Below are positions 11,780 to 25,084 of a stretch of DNA of 64,000 nucleotides, one piece after another; positions within the stretch are counted from its first letter, which is position 1; the number at the start of each line of letters is the position of its first letter. Below the pieces are notes generated by a model, which searched no databases, was not told the DNA's origin, and worked only from the letters and a program-made list of their open reading frames with translations. Position numbers and translations under genes: made by a program. The DNA comes from Mobula hypostoma (taxonomy: Eukaryota): contig NC_086097.1 in the NCBI RefSeq assembly GCF_963921235.1, positions 184,390,001 to 184,454,000 on the forward strand, in the 5' to 3' direction.

Positions 11780-12650
11780 AGTGTTCATTTGATGAGACCT
11801 ATGAAAACAGATTTTAAAGCTATGGTGTTGCACAGTAGTCTAATTTAAAGGTAAAATTTTGCCCCTAGTGCAATAGAGTTAATAGAATATAACCCAGAGA
11901 AGCAGGATACAATACAACCGATGAATGAATATGAAAAATACTGTATTAGTATCTGGGTATCAACAAGCAAAGAAGATCATAGTGTGATACAGGGAAAACT
12001 TTCAACATTTACTTCAAAGCATAAGAAAATCTGCCAAACAGAGCTCAATAGTAAAAATATAACAAAGGCAATAAATACTTTCACTGTACCCATATTAATG
12101 CATTCTTTTAGCACAATATCTTAGTCCAAAACCGATGTGTAAAAATTACAAAGAAAAATAAGATATGAAATGACAAGTTTTAGAAAACACTTTGTATACT
12201 TGAACACACTTTGATTAACACTACCTTGGACAGAAGGAAGAAGGGGAACAACAGACATAAAAAAAATTACAAACTCAGATAAATCTTCTAAGGATATATT
12301 TTCATCAAGGAGAGCAGGATTCAGCACCCCACGTGAGCATGTGTAATTCTGATAAGAAGGACACACCACTAAATGTAAATGAAAGCACAATACAGAAAAA
12401 TGAAGAAATTATCACTATAGAAGAAAAGTTATCCGATGGAAGATCATGGCCTTTCATTGAAAGCAACTCTACTTTCTGTGCAGACTAGATGTCCACAAGG
12501 AAGCATTGAACTCCTGGCTCAGAGTTAGAGACCACTGCCTAGAAACAGAGTGATTCCTTGTGGCAATACAAGACCAGGTGTTTAACATAAAAATTTATCG
12601 ACAATACATAATAAAACACCAAAAAATCCAAGGCGATAAATACAGATCCT
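11780..12650 (+). mobile_element. R4/Dong-clade (Rex6-like) non-LTR retrotransposon relic, RT C-terminus to zinc-finger region
   Basis: KICQTELNSKNITKAINTFTVPIL.HSF, KLQRKIR, LTLP.TEG.RG, ETE.FLVAIQDQV..K.YRQYIIK..DKYRSC; many stops. Confidence 0.7.
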
Positions 12651-14660
12651 GCAAGTTATCCATCTGGGTGTTCTGCACAAAGACTCCCAAGTCCCTTGCA
12701 TCTCAGATTTCTGGATTTTCTCCCCATTTGGAAAATAATCTGCACATTTATTTCTACTATCAAAGTGCATGAGCATGCATTTTCCAACATTGTATTTCAT
12801 TTGTCACTTTTTTGTCTATCCTCCTAATCTGTCTAAGTCCCTCTGCAGCCTATCTGTTTCCTCAACACTACTGGCCCTTTCACCCATCTTCATATCATCT
12901 GCAAACTTGGAAACAAAACCATCTATTCCATCATCTAAATCAATTATATACAGCATAAAAAGAAGTGGTCCCAACACCTACCCCTGCGGAAAACCACTAG
13001 TCACTGGCATCCAACCAAAAAAGGATCCTTTTATTCCCACTCACTGCCTCCTACCAATCAGCCAATGCTCTAACCATGTTAGGAACTTTCCTGTAATACC
13101 AAGGGCTCTTAACTTAGTAAGCAGCCTCAAGAGGAGCACCTTGTCAAAGGCCATAAGGAAGTTCAAATATACAACATCCACTGCATCCCCTTTATCTATC
13201 CTACTTGTAATATCCTCAAAATTTTCCCACATGTTTTTAAGGTAATATTTTCCCTTAAAGAAACCATGTTGACTTTGTCCTGTCTTGTCCTGTGTCACCA
13301 AGTACTCTGTAACCGCATTGTTAACGATTGACTCCAACATCTTTCTAACCACTGAGGTCAGGCTAACAGCTTTATAATTTCCTTTATGATGACTCCCTCC
13401 TTTCTTAAAGAGTGGAGTGACATTTTCAATTTTCCAGTCCTCAATGTTTCAGTCCAGTTTTCCATGCCAGAATCCAATGATATTAGAAAGATCATTGTTA
13501 ATGCCTCCACACTCTCTAATGCTACCACTGTCAGAACTGTTCATCTGGTCCGGGAAATTTAAATACTCTTAGGTATTTCAGCTTTTTGAGCACCTTTCTC
13601 CTTGCAATAGTAACTGCATTTACTTGTCTTCCTTCACACACTACAATATCTGGCGCCCTGCTTCCCCAGTGAAAACTGATATAAAATAGTCATTTAGCTC
13701 ATCTTCCATCTCCTTGTTAATATTCCTCTGGCCACATTTGCTAGTGGTCCTATATCTACTATCATCTCTCTTATTTTTTACATACTTGTAAAAGCTTTTA
13801 CTATTCACTTTGATATTGTTTGCTAGCTTGCTTTCATATTTCATCTTTTCCTTTCTAATGATTCTTTTAGTTGATTTCTGTTTTTAAAAGCTTCCCAGTC
13901 CTCTATCTTCCTGCTAAATTTTGCTTTGTTGTACGCTCTCTCTTTAGTTTTTACGTTAGCTTTGACTTCTCTTGTCAGCCACATTGTACTATTTTACCAT
14001 TTGAGTATTTCATCTTTTTTGGAATACATCTGTCTTGTACTTGCCTCTTTTTTTCCCAAATACTCAAGCCATTGCTGCTCTGCTGTCATCCCCACCAGCA
14101 GCTCCTTCCATTTCACTTTGGCCAACTCCTCTCTCATACCACTGTATTTTCCCTTACTCCATTGAAATACTGCTACATCAGACTTTACTTTCTCCCTATC
14201 TAATTACAAGTTGAACTCAATCATATTGTGATCACTGGTTCCTAAGAGTTCTTTTACTTTAAGTTCCCTAATTGCCTCCGATTCACTACATAACACCCAA
14301 TCCAGTATAATTGATCCCTTAGTAGGTTGAACGACAAACTGCTCTAAAAAGCCAATTCATAGGCATTCAACAAATTCACTCTTTTGCAATCCATTACCGA
14401 CCCGATTTTGCCAATTGACCTGCATGTTAAACTCTCCAATGACTAGCATAACATTGTCCTTTTGACACGCCTTTTCTATTTCCTGTTATAATCTGTGGTC
14501 CACATCCCAGCTACTGTTTGGAAGCCTGTATATAACTGCCATCAGGGTCCTTTTCCCCTTGCAGTTTCTTAACTCAACCCACAAGGATTCAAATGTCTTC
14601 CAATCCTATGTCACATCTTTCTAACGATTTGATGCCATTCTTTACCAGCAAAGCCACAAA
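12650..14660 (-). mobile_element. CR1 LINE ORF2 fragment (APE to RT), degraded
   Basis: QHGFFKGK, VDVVYLNFLMAFDKV, WLEHWLIGRRQ, MKYNVGKC..MHF. Confidence 0.9.
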
Positions 14661-15084
14661 GCTGTTGGCATTTTAGAGTTCATTTGATAAAAATTCACCC
14701 TCTGTAAATGATAATTCCTTTACTTGATACTTGTAACTAGATGACTTAGAGGGCAGGTGTGAATGATATCATCAATCTAAGGGATTTTATAAAACATTGT
14801 AGTTCCATGACATTCTTGGATAGCACTTTGATGGAGAAATTAATGTGTGATTTAAATGCCACGAGGATACAGGTTACAGTTGCAAAAGTTTACTTTTAAG
14901 AAGTCAACAAAAATTAGATTTCCAGTAGAAATTGAACTGAAGAATACAAAGGTGTTTTGGTGGCTTAAGGTGTGAGTTTAATGACCAAGCTAAAGAGAGA
15001 ACAAAAAGCAGTATCATCAATGAGTTCAACATTAATATATATTTAATCATCCAGGTGTTAAGGTATTTTCAGTGGAGTTCATGG

Positions 15085-15637
15085 TGTAACGCTCTGGTTC
15101 TGTTGGCTGTGTAGGTCTGTGGAAGACAATCTCCGGCCCTGCCAAACGTGTGAGATTGAGATGCGAGCCCACCCCGAAACCTCCCGTTTGTGTGGGTGTC
15201 GCGTGATTCGTTACCCTGTTACAAATCAGTACCATGAAATAACGGACAATTCACCACATACAATTAAACGATTTAGCTTTATAATTCTTAATTTGATCGC
15301 AGGGTTAGTAAAGAAAAAGCAAAAAAGAAAAAAGAGCCCATTTTAATGAAACAGTCTAATGTGAACAAGTTGGAGCTCACGGTTTCCCCTTCGCTGATCT
15401 TCTTTCGATCTCCCCGGCCTTTGTTGGATCATGGCCCCACACCGGCGTCTTCTCTCTTCATCCCCCGCTGAATGAAAGACCCAGATCACCCTGGTGTCAG
15501 ACACACAGCATGAAAACACCCTCTCGTCATTGGACGACTCACATTCCAAAGCACCTGTTATCTCTAACCATAACCCAAACAGTGCTTCTACAGAAAGACC
15601 ATTACATTAGCAGTGAAACCTTTCCCAGGGTGTTACA
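15085..15637. mobile_element. Solo LTR (Gypsy-like), 553 bp, 4-bp TSD
   Basis: TGTAACGCTCTGG...CCAGGGTGTTACA (11/13 inverted ends). ATGG is duplicated at 15081-15084 and 15638-15641. Confidence 0.85.
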
Positions 15638-16089
15638 ATGGCAAAATGTAAGTCCTGTGATAGCAGAAGGTAGCAGACCCAATGTCAGGGAAAAACACAC
15701 ATCTTCTCTTGGCCTATTTAAATAAATCCTCTGTTGCAACTGTATATGTATCTGCCACTGGTTGCTGTAGCACAGAATTGTAGGCCACTATTTGTTTGGA
15801 GGCAAAGAAATAGGTTGATTTTATATACTAGAAAGATGTTTGACTACCACCAAAATTAACAATAATGTGAAGGAATGCTTGTTGAATAGCATCTACACAA
15901 CAGATGGTGACTTGGCAAAAGACTACAGTGAATTCACAACTTGTGTTAAAGTGAATGCTTAGGAAGTTGTAAAGTGTGTGATACTGCAGCAGACTAAATA
16001 TCCACAGGTATAATTTCCGACAAGTGCTCCTCATGAGAAGTATAGCCTCATTAAAATGGTGGCCACTAGGAAATCTTCCCTGTTGTCGA

Positions 16090-16252
16090 TGGAGCTCCTG
16101 GCTTCACTTATCACCTTCTTCCCCTCCCCCAACCTCCTTAATCTGGCTTCTTCCCCTTTCTTTCCCAGACCTGATGAAGGATCAGGGCCCGAAACTTTGA
16201 CTCTTTATTCCACTCTATAGTTGCTGCCTGATCTGCTGAGTTCCCCAGCATT
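16090..16252 (+). mobile_element. Short PLE 3'-end fragment with hammerhead motif (16167-16202)
   Basis: AGAC-CTGATGA-AGGATCAGGGCCC-GAAA-CTTT-GACT, followed by TGCTGCCTGATCTGCTGAGTTCCCCAGCA. Confidence 0.75.
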
Positions 16253-16257
16253 TCTCT

Positions 16258-16590
16258 CCAAATTATGAGGGGCATAGTTAGGGTGAATGCATGCAGTTTT
16301 TTCTCCACAGAGTTGGGAATCATGAGCTAGAAGAGAAAGGGTTAAGGTGAGAGGTTTAGTAGAAACCTGAGGGGCAACTGTTTCACCCAGAGAGTGGTAT
16401 ATTTGTGGAATAACTTGCCATAGGAAGTGGTGCAACATTTCAAAAGTACATGGAAATCCACGGGTCAGAAAGGAGTAGTGGAATATGGGCCAAACACAGA
16501 CAAATGGGAATATTTTAGGTGGGAATAGTGGCTATCATGAGCCAGATGGGTTGAAGGGCCTGTTTCCATGCTGTATGACACTGTGACTAT
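16258..16590 (+). mobile_element. CR1 LINE 3' end
   Basis: AATTATGAGGGGCATAG..GAGGGGCAACTGTTTCACCCAGAGAGTGGT..GAAGGGCCTGTTTCCATGCTGTATGAC. Confidence 0.8.
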
Positions 16591-16799
16591 TATTCAGCAA
16601 AGTTTTGTTCATGTTTGTGTATATGTAAAAAGGAATAAATAGCTAGCATAAAAATAAATTGGGCTACTTTCCTTTTGGTTTGGATAATCTCAGCAGAAAT
16701 GCAACTCCACAATTTAGTCAAAGATCTTTTTTTTTAACATTCCATCAGGCAGGAACACATAAAAGTTCTTTAACAGGCATCTGATAGCTCTCTTGCCCA

Positions 16800-17762
16800 A
16801 TGCAATCAATGGTAAGTTAACAGAGCATCTATCACATTGCACACAATGAAAATGCAAGAATGAGATTGTGTGGCATCCAAGGAGAGCTGGTAAACTGGAT
16901 ACAGATTGGACTGAATGGTAGGAAAAGAGGGTAGTGTTTGAAGGATCTTTCTCCGAGTGCAGGTCTGTGATTCATGGTTGCTCCAGGGGTTGATGCTAGG
17001 CCTATTGTTATTTACCATTTATACTTCAATTTGGATGAGAATATAGAAGGAACAGTAAGTTAGGACTTTTACATTAAATGTACGGCCCTGGAACAATCAT
17101 AGAAGAGAGGGACCTTGGACTACTGGTGCACAGTTTCAATAAAATAGAATCACAAGCAGATAGGACACTGAAGAAGGCTTTTGACATGTGCCCTTCATCA
17201 GTCAGGACATTGAGTTATCAGATTGTGAGGTTGTTTTTCAATTGTTCAAGACATTGGTGAGGAAACACTTGGAGTTCTGAGTTCATTGTTTTGGCTACCA
17301 TGATCTAATTAATCTGGAAAGAATAAAAAAATTACAAGGATATTGCAGGACTTGAAGGCCTGAATAAAAGGAAAGAGTTAGACAGGCAGGGCTTTAGTCT
17401 TCAGAGCATAGGAGACTGAAGAGCGATTATTCATAGAGATATATAAAGTTATGAATGGGTTAGATACGGTGAGCAGACTTTTTTCTAGGGCTGGGAAATC
17501 AGAAGCTAGAGGGCATAGTTCTAAGGTTAGAGGTGAAAGGTTTAATAAGAACCTGAGGGGTAACATTCTTACACAAGGTGATAGATATATGGAACTAATG
17601 GCCAGCGGAAGTAATTGAGGTAGATATATTAGATACCTTTAAGAAGCATGGTGACAAGAGCAATGTGAGCCAACTTCTGGGAAATGGGATGCTTGAATGT
17701 GCATGGATAAGGATGGGCTGAAGGGCCTTTTCCCTGCTCTGCAACTTCATAGCTATGACTCT
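16800..17762 (+). mobile_element. CR1 LINE RT 3' half and tail, degraded
   Basis: EERDLGLLVH-like motif; CR1 tail GGGCTGAAGGGCC..GCTCTG. Confidence 0.75.
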
Positions 17763-18089
17763 GTTACTTAACTGGCTTTGTTTATCCTCATATCTGCACT
17801 CCTTCCAACCCTTTAATGGGGCTTTGATCCAAACTAGGTCTAAACTGGCTCAAGATTAGAGAGACGATCTCCCAGGGGAAGTTCAACAAGGTCGGGTCTA
17901 ATGCTGGTCCCAATATTGGGAAGAGGTGACAGAATCTTTCCACATTTAACAACACATGTGCAGATGTCCCAGGCTAGCTTCCACTGAACTGAGGAAATAA
18001 CACTTGAATCCTCGGAAAGAATGATCCGAGCCACTGTATTTGGTGGCTAGGTCTCCAACATCACTGCACATGGAATAAAAGGACATCAC

Positions 18090-18187
18090 TAACACACACA
18101 AAATGCTGGAAGAACTTAGCAGGCCAGCAGCATCTAGGGAAAAGGGTAAACAGTCGATGTTTTGGGCTGAGCTCTTTCATCAGGTCC
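18090..18187 (-). mobile_element. Short PLE 3'-end fragment with degenerate hammerhead motif (18151-18186)
   Basis: Minus strand reads GAC-CTGATGA-AAGAGCTCAGCCC-AAAA-CATC-GACTG..GATGCTGCTGGCCTGCTAAGTTCTTCCAGCATTTTGTGTGTGTT. Confidence 0.7.
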
Positions 18188-19929
18188 CTTCATTATTACT
18201 AACAGAAAGATAGTGTAGCAGAATCTGGACAAATCAGTGCAGGGTGAGGGAGATGGAAGGAAGTCCGGTTGTTTAAACACTTGGAAAGAGGAAGACAAAA
18301 TGATATGCCTGAGTCACAGTTTACAACAGGTACAATGAAGTCACCTGACTTTTAGAGCCAACGAACCTCCCAGAAGTTCACATGTTCAATTAGGAACCTT
18401 CGTACCACAAGCAAAAATTTAAACACAAAATCCCTGCAAACATTGGCTGTGTCATTTCTGGAGGTTGATAGAACATTGCAGTCAAGTTGTTTTCAGCAAA
18501 CTTTTTCATGAAGCTTACATTTTGGATAAATTGTCATTGTGATAGCAAAATGGTGAAAATCTTAGAATTCAACAATGGGCTTATTAGATTTTTTCGAAAG
18601 ATATTTTCCTCACAGGAAGCAATATGTTCAACAGGTCACATTCAGCATTTTGACTTAAAGGTAATAATAAACAAACTAACAACAACACTTTAGAGGATGA
18701 ATATATATTCAATTCTTGCATAATTAGTTATTTGTTCAACTTTTCCCTTGGTATTTCTCAGTTGATTCTAATAACATTGTAATTAATCAATGTATTAAAG
18801 TAAGTACTGTCCTTTCACACTTGCCTTTGTATTATTTTTCTTTTTATGACAACTGGAAATAATCAAGTATTATCAGGTTAATTGCAGAATTAAGTTCCTT
18901 CACACAAAAATAGATAATTTTTACACAGGTGTCATGCCACCCTTCTGAATGCTTTCTTAAATTAACTGCCACAGATTTAAAACAAGTCAGGCCAAAATTA
19001 TCTCATGAAAATTTCTTACCTAAAGTAGATTAAAAAGGATGTGTCGGCCTGTTGTGAATTTAAACACTAGTGTTGGAAATGACAGACCATTAAAGTTTAC
19101 TAAATGCAGTATCTTAGCTCCTGCAAATTTGATCTTAATAGCTTAGCTTTATTATTCAGCTATTTCCCATATTCATTAGCACTATTTTCATATTTCTGTC
19201 TTTCAGCTCATGTCCTTCTTTATTTTCTGTTTGTTATATTGATTCAATTTTTCAATGTAATAATAACTTTCATCCACTGTACCCAAGCAAGACTACAGAG
19301 TCTCATAAAAGGTTACACATGGTCATCATGGAAATCGGGAACTTGCCAGTACCACAAGCAGCTGCCTGCAGAAATGTGATAAACAGAGACACCAAAGCAC
19401 TAACCAGATAAGGGAGAAAATTTATTTCAATTCCTTTGAATGTATACCCTGTGGTGAAGGAGTAAAGTTGTGATTATCATTCTTAGTAGTCTTCCATTCT
19501 GTATTTTTAGAAGGTATTTCAGTCCTTGCTGTCATAAGCATGACACTTCCATTGAAGCATTTTAGTTTTTCAGAAAACTATAAATTGCTCATAAAATGAT
19601 ATTTCATGCAATAAAAATGAATAAAGGCAAAAAATTCAATTTAAGGCAGTGAAAAAAAATTCCAGTCTTTATTTGCAGATATTTGAGAATTCATTGGGAG
19701 TTGAATGTCTCAGTGGAGTTGTGATTAATTTTAACAGTTTGGGAGAATGGAATATGAGGCCTGCGGCAAAGCTTGTGCAGCCTGCTTAAGAGTTACTTCC
19801 TGGAATCCCTTTTTATTTATCTAGAGATACAGTATGGTGAGGCCCTTCCAGATCAACAAGCTCATGTTGGACTACTACTCCCTACTCTTTTCTACCCCTA
19901 CTATAGATTGCTGCTCTGTAACCACCCTT

Positions 19930-21050
19930 TGATTCCCCTGCAAGATGCAGTAAGTTAGGGAACCATGTGGTCCAGCCGATAACTACATCTGTGGAAAGTC
20001 CACCCAGATGCAACTCCTGACAGACCAGGTCAAGGAACTGCAGGTGGAATTGAAGATGGCACTCTGGGACGATAAGGGCTTCATGGGTGACACTTTTACT
20101 GAGATGGTCACACCCAAGGTACAGGCTTCAGATAGAGAGGTAAGGGGAGGAGACAGTCAGAGCAGAGTTCAGCTGTGGCATTCCTCTCAGTAATAAGCAT
20201 GCCCCTTTGCATACTGCTGAGGGCTGTGGGGGATTATCTTTCAGGGCACAGCAGCAGCAAACAGGCAGTAGCACAGGGGCCTTCACTAAGGCTCAGCAAG
20301 GAAGGATAAAGTCAAGTAGAGCAATAGTGATATTAGGTGGGGGGGTGGGGGCTGGAGATTCGGTGGCCATGATTTGTGTTGCTCCCAATGAGCTAGGGAT
20401 GAGGACGTCTCAGTGTGGCTGCAGAACATTCTCAAGGGTGAAGTTGAGCAGCCAGAGGTCACGCTGTATTGACAACAATGACATTGGTAGAAAGGGGAAA
20501 GAGGCTCTGTGCGGTGAGTACAGGGAACTAGGAAAGTGGCTGAAAAGTAGGACCGGCGCATGGCACCGCGGATAATCTCTGGACTACTCCTGGTGCCATG
20601 AACTGGTCAAAGCAGGAAAAACAATACAGAACAGATGGGTGAGTGGCTAGATCATTGGAACCTCTTCCAGGCAGCAAGAGACTTTAACTAGAGGTTGCAC
20701 TTTAATTAGAGGGGAATCAATATCTCAGCCCACAAGTTTGCTAGTGCTGCTCGGGAGGGTTTAAACTAACTTGGTGGGGGATAGGAACTGGAGTATCAGG
20801 TCAAAAAATGGAGGCGCTGAGAGGACGATAGATACCGTGAACAATAAGACCAGGCAGGAGCGAAGTAAAAGACACATTGACAGGGGGAGGTTGAAGTTGT
20901 ATATTTTAGTGCGAGGTATATTACGAGGAAAGGTGATGAGCTTAGAGCACAGATCAGTACATGGTACATTGCAGCTGTGGCCATAACAGAGACTTGGTTG
21001 AGAAAGGGACAAGAATGCACGCTTAATGTTTCAGGGATTCAATGTTTTAG
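19930..21050 (+). mobile_element. CR1 LINE 5' region: decayed ORF1 (zinc finger/leucine zipper + esterase) and start of ORF2
   Basis: ICGKSTQMQLLTDQVKELQVEL; NDIGRKGKEALCGEYRELGKWLKSRT; VAITETWL. Confidence 0.8.
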
Positions 21051-21059
21051 TAAAAGTGC

Positions 21060-22960
21060 TCTTCTCCACACCCGCTCTACAGTCTCTACATCCTTTCAAT
21101 AACACAGCAACCAGAGTGGAACGTAATACTGCAAGAGCAGTCTGACTAAACTTTTCAACAGATGCAGCCTGACTTCCTCATACTTAACATTCCCACCAAT
21201 GAAGGCAAGTATATAACATGCCTTATTTAGCCACCTTATCCAATTGTGTAGCCATATTGATGAACTATGGACTTGGACCACAAGATCCCTCTGAGCCTCA
21301 ATGCTATTTATTAGACAATAAGATATAGGAACAGAATTAGACCATTTGGCTCTTCGAATCTGTTCTGCCATTTCATCATGGCTGATCCATTTCCCTTTCA
21401 ACCCCAATCTCCTGCCTTCTCCCCATATGCTTTCATGTCCTGACTAATCAAGAATCTACCAACCTCTACCTCAGATATACTCAATGACCTGGCCTCCACA
21501 ACCACTTGTGGCAATGAATTCCACAGATTTACCACTCTCTGGTTAAAGAAATCCTTCCACTTCCTCATTCTAAATTGACATCCCTCTATTCTGATGCTGT
21601 GTCCTCTAGTCTTAGACTTCTCCACCACAGGAAACACCCTCTCCACATCCACTCTATTGAGGTCATTCAACAATCAATAGGTTTCAATGAGATCCCCCTC
21701 AGTCTCTTGAATTCCAATGAGTAGAGACCAGAGCTATCAAACATTCTTTATAAGTTAAGCCTTTTAAATCTGGAATAATTTTTGTGAAACTTCTGTGAAC
21801 TCTGTCCAATGTTACTACCTCCTTTCTTAGATAAGGGCCCAAAACTGCTCACAATACTCCAAGTGAGGCCTCACCAGTGCCTTATAAAGACTCAACATTA
21901 CGTGCTTGCTTTGATATTCTAGTCCTCTTGAAATAAATGCTAATATTGCATTTGTCCTCCTTACCACTGACTCAATCTCTCAATCTTTAGGGAATCTTAC
22001 ACAAGGAACCGCAAGGAAGTCCCTTTGTACCTCAGATATTTGAATTTTCTCACCATTTAGAAAACAGCCCATGCTCTTATTTCTTCTATCAAAGTGCATG
22101 ACCATACAGTTCCTGACACTGTATTCCATCTGCCACTTCTGCATAGTTTCTCCTTTCAGTTGGCTTCCTCCTCAGACTTGCCAATATTGAATTTCATCTG
22201 CTACTTTTCTGCCTATATCTGTACTATAACACACTGCATTCTTTGATAATCCTTTACACTCTCCACCACTCTATCAATCTTGGTGACATCTGCAAATTTG
22301 CACATGCAGCCATCTACATTTTCATCCAAATCATTGATATGTATCACAAGAAACAGAAGTCCTAGCTCTGATCCTTGTGGAACAGCACTGGTCACTGAAC
22401 TCCAGCTTTCCACCCCTATTCCCTGTCTTCTATGGGAAAATCAGTTCTGAGTGCAAACTTGCAACTAATCCTGGAATCCTTGTATCTTGATCTTCTGAAT
22501 CAACCTAGCATAAAGGACTCTATCAAATGCCTTACTGAAGTCCAGGTATGCATCCTTTCTAATCCTAACTAAATTTAGTCTTCTCCAGTCCAAAGTTCCA
22601 AAATTCACTTGTCTTTACTTTGTACTGGAATGTGCTGATCCTGAACTCTGATCATCTGGTCTCTAAGCAATTCCTACATGTCTGCCGTAGATTTGTCTGA
22701 CAGCAGCTACTCTCAATCATTGGCCCTTATCTCATGTCATATCCTGTCATAATTTGCCCTCACCCATTTGTTGTGGTCACTATTCCCAAAATGTTCAACT
22801 ACTATCAGGAATGTCACCTGGCCTGGCTGCTTTCCCAAAATCTGATCCAGTATGTTCTCTCCTCTATTTGGACTTTCCACATACTGTTTCAAGAACCTTT
22901 GTTAGGTGCGTTGAAGAAGTACCACACATCAAGGCATTTTGTATTAAGGCTTTTTGTACA
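21060..22960 (-). mobile_element. Cluster of CR1 fragments; a younger 3' end (~21312-22140) sits within an older copy
   Basis: TRGHSIRI..FFNQRVVNLWNSLP; VPQGSELG..INDLD..KFADVTK. Confidence 0.85.
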
Positions 22961-23009
22961 TTAAGTCTCTGCCCCCATAAATCTTGAAGCTCCAAAGATC
23001 ACAACGTTC

Positions 23010-23355
23010 ATAGAGAAGTTCATACCATCAGGTTGGAGGCTATCCAGATGGAATATAATTTGTTGCTCCTCCAACCTGAGTGTGGCCTCATTGCAGCAGT
23101 AGAGGAGGATATGGACTGACATGTCAGAATGGGAATGGGAAGTAGAATTGAAATGGGAAGCTACTTGAAGATGTCGCTTTTTCTGGGGGTTGGAGCATGG
23201 GGCTCAGTGAAGCAGTCTCCCAATCCACGTTGGGTCTCACTGATATACTGGAGGCCACATTAGGAGCACCAGATACAGTAGATGACCACAACAGACTCAC
23301 AGCTGAAGTGTCGTCTCAGCTGGAAGGACTGTTTGGGGCACTGGATGTTGGTGAG
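23010..23355 (-). mobile_element. PLE GIY-YIG fragment, degraded
   Basis: IQCPKQSFQLRRHFSCESVVVIYCIWCS, homologous to the PLE arms. Confidence 0.85.
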
Positions 23356-23827
23356 AGACACTTTCCGCTTACCCCACACCTGCCCCAACACCTCCTCCCT
23401 CACACAAAAACACAACAAAATAGAAGCAGGAGTGGACAAAGTCACAGTTCAACGTTGATTACATTCCTACCCAAACTGGTCAGATTGTGCTCGGTCTCAT
23501 AAAGAGTAAACTTGGAGAAAATAACCTCTGAGAAACTCATTCAATGGGAGTTCAGTGATGAGGAAACTGACCCTCTCCTTAGCCTGCTGAGACTTTATGC
23601 CCAAGAGAACCTTCCTTCTTTCTGGTGGGCTCCCTTGTACTTGGGCAGCTTCTGCTTCAGTACAGAAGACAAAACAAATGGCCTTCTTAAATATACATTC
23701 AAAAATTTGATTATGCATAAGATTTTGCAAGAGGAAATTGTCAATGGGCAAAACTCTTCTATATACAGGAGAGAATTTGTATGTATGCATGAGCATGTGT
23801 TCAGATGCACATATGCACAGACATATT

Positions 23828-23841
23828 TGTGTGTGTGTGTA

Positions 23842-23873
<32 letters not shown>

Positions 23874-23887
23874 TGTGTGTGTGTGTG
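23828..23887. repeat. (TG)n microsatellite with two TA interruptions
   Basis: Directly visible. Confidence 0.97.
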
Positions 23888-24581
23888 TTTGTTTGTCTTG
23901 GTGTGTGCATTCAAGTACAGTATTCATAATGATGAAGAGGTCAGTATAATATAGTTATGTTAAATAGTTATGTTACGTTATATAGTTAAGTTTCTTGACT
24001 TTGCTCCATTACAGATAGGTTCTTCCCTTAGCATGTATCTCATTAACTGCTCCTTACCTTGTATTTCTGTGAACTTTAGTGATCTCTTCATGCTGTCCAC
24101 AGCCAATGTGTCTTTTGCCGTGTATGTTGCTGTTGTCTGGCTGCTATGGGTAACATGTCTTTCAGGGCAATCACTCTTTTCTCTTTGCTGCACGGCAAAT
24201 GCCACAGGCTGCAATAAGTGGGGAGTTCTCCGCTGGGGATCATGTAAATCCCATTTTAACACATCTGAGTGGAAACACCTTCAGACACTTACTTATACCT
24301 GATTTTGGGATCTTTTTGAGAGGGCCTCGTTTCCTTCTAGCTTCACTTTCAAAAATCTTCTGATGGACACAAAAGTGGAATAGAGGGCAGGGGATAGCAT
24401 TAGGATGATTCCATATCTGGATGATCTACAGGAGAGAGAGGAGCCAAAGTAATGAAACTCAACAGAGATTACAGAACTAGTGCTGGACACCAAAGGATAC
24501 TTCCTCTTTTATTTTCTGAGGGAGAACAGATATGAAGAGAAACTAGAATGAAAAAATAATCTAAATGAAGGCAATAGGCCT

Positions 24582-25075
24582 TAGAGTCATAGAACACAAC
24601 AACACAGAAACAGACCTCTTGCCCCATCTAGTCAGTACTTAACTATTATTCTGCCTGCACATGAGCCGTGGCCCTTAATCTCCATACCCCTCCCCCCACC
24701 CATATCCTTATCCAAACTTCTCTTAAGTGTTACAATCAAAGCTGCATCTACCTGTTCCGTTGGCAGCTCTTTCTACGCTCACACCACTCTCCAAGTGAAG
24801 AAGATCCCCCTCTGGTTCCCCTTAGATATTTCACCTTTCACTCTTAACCCATGACCTCAAGTTCTAGTCTCACCCAGCCTCAGTGGAAAAAGTCTGCTTG
24901 CATATACCCCTCATAATTTTATATACCCCTGTAAAATCTCCCCTCATTCTCCTGTGCTCCAAGGAATAATCTCCTAACCTATTCACCTTCCCTTATAGCT
25001 CAGGTCCTCAAATCCCACCACCATCTTTGTGAATTGCATTTGTACTCTTTCAATGTTATTGGTATCTTTTCTTGC
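24582..25075 (-). mobile_element. CR1 LINE 3' end
   Basis: Antisense tail TAGAGTCATAGAACACAACAACACAGAAACAG; ATGACCTCAAGTTCTAGTC; CACCACTCTCCAAGTGAAGAAG. Confidence 0.85.
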
Positions 25076-25084
25076 AAAAGGCTA

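Noticed and set aside
23497..24520. Overlapping 94-145 aa ORFs and a good minus-strand donor (CAAG|GTAAGG near 24058)
   Set aside because: Several ORFs are extended by the (TG)n tract. No recognisable domain and no consistent multi-exon frame could be built.
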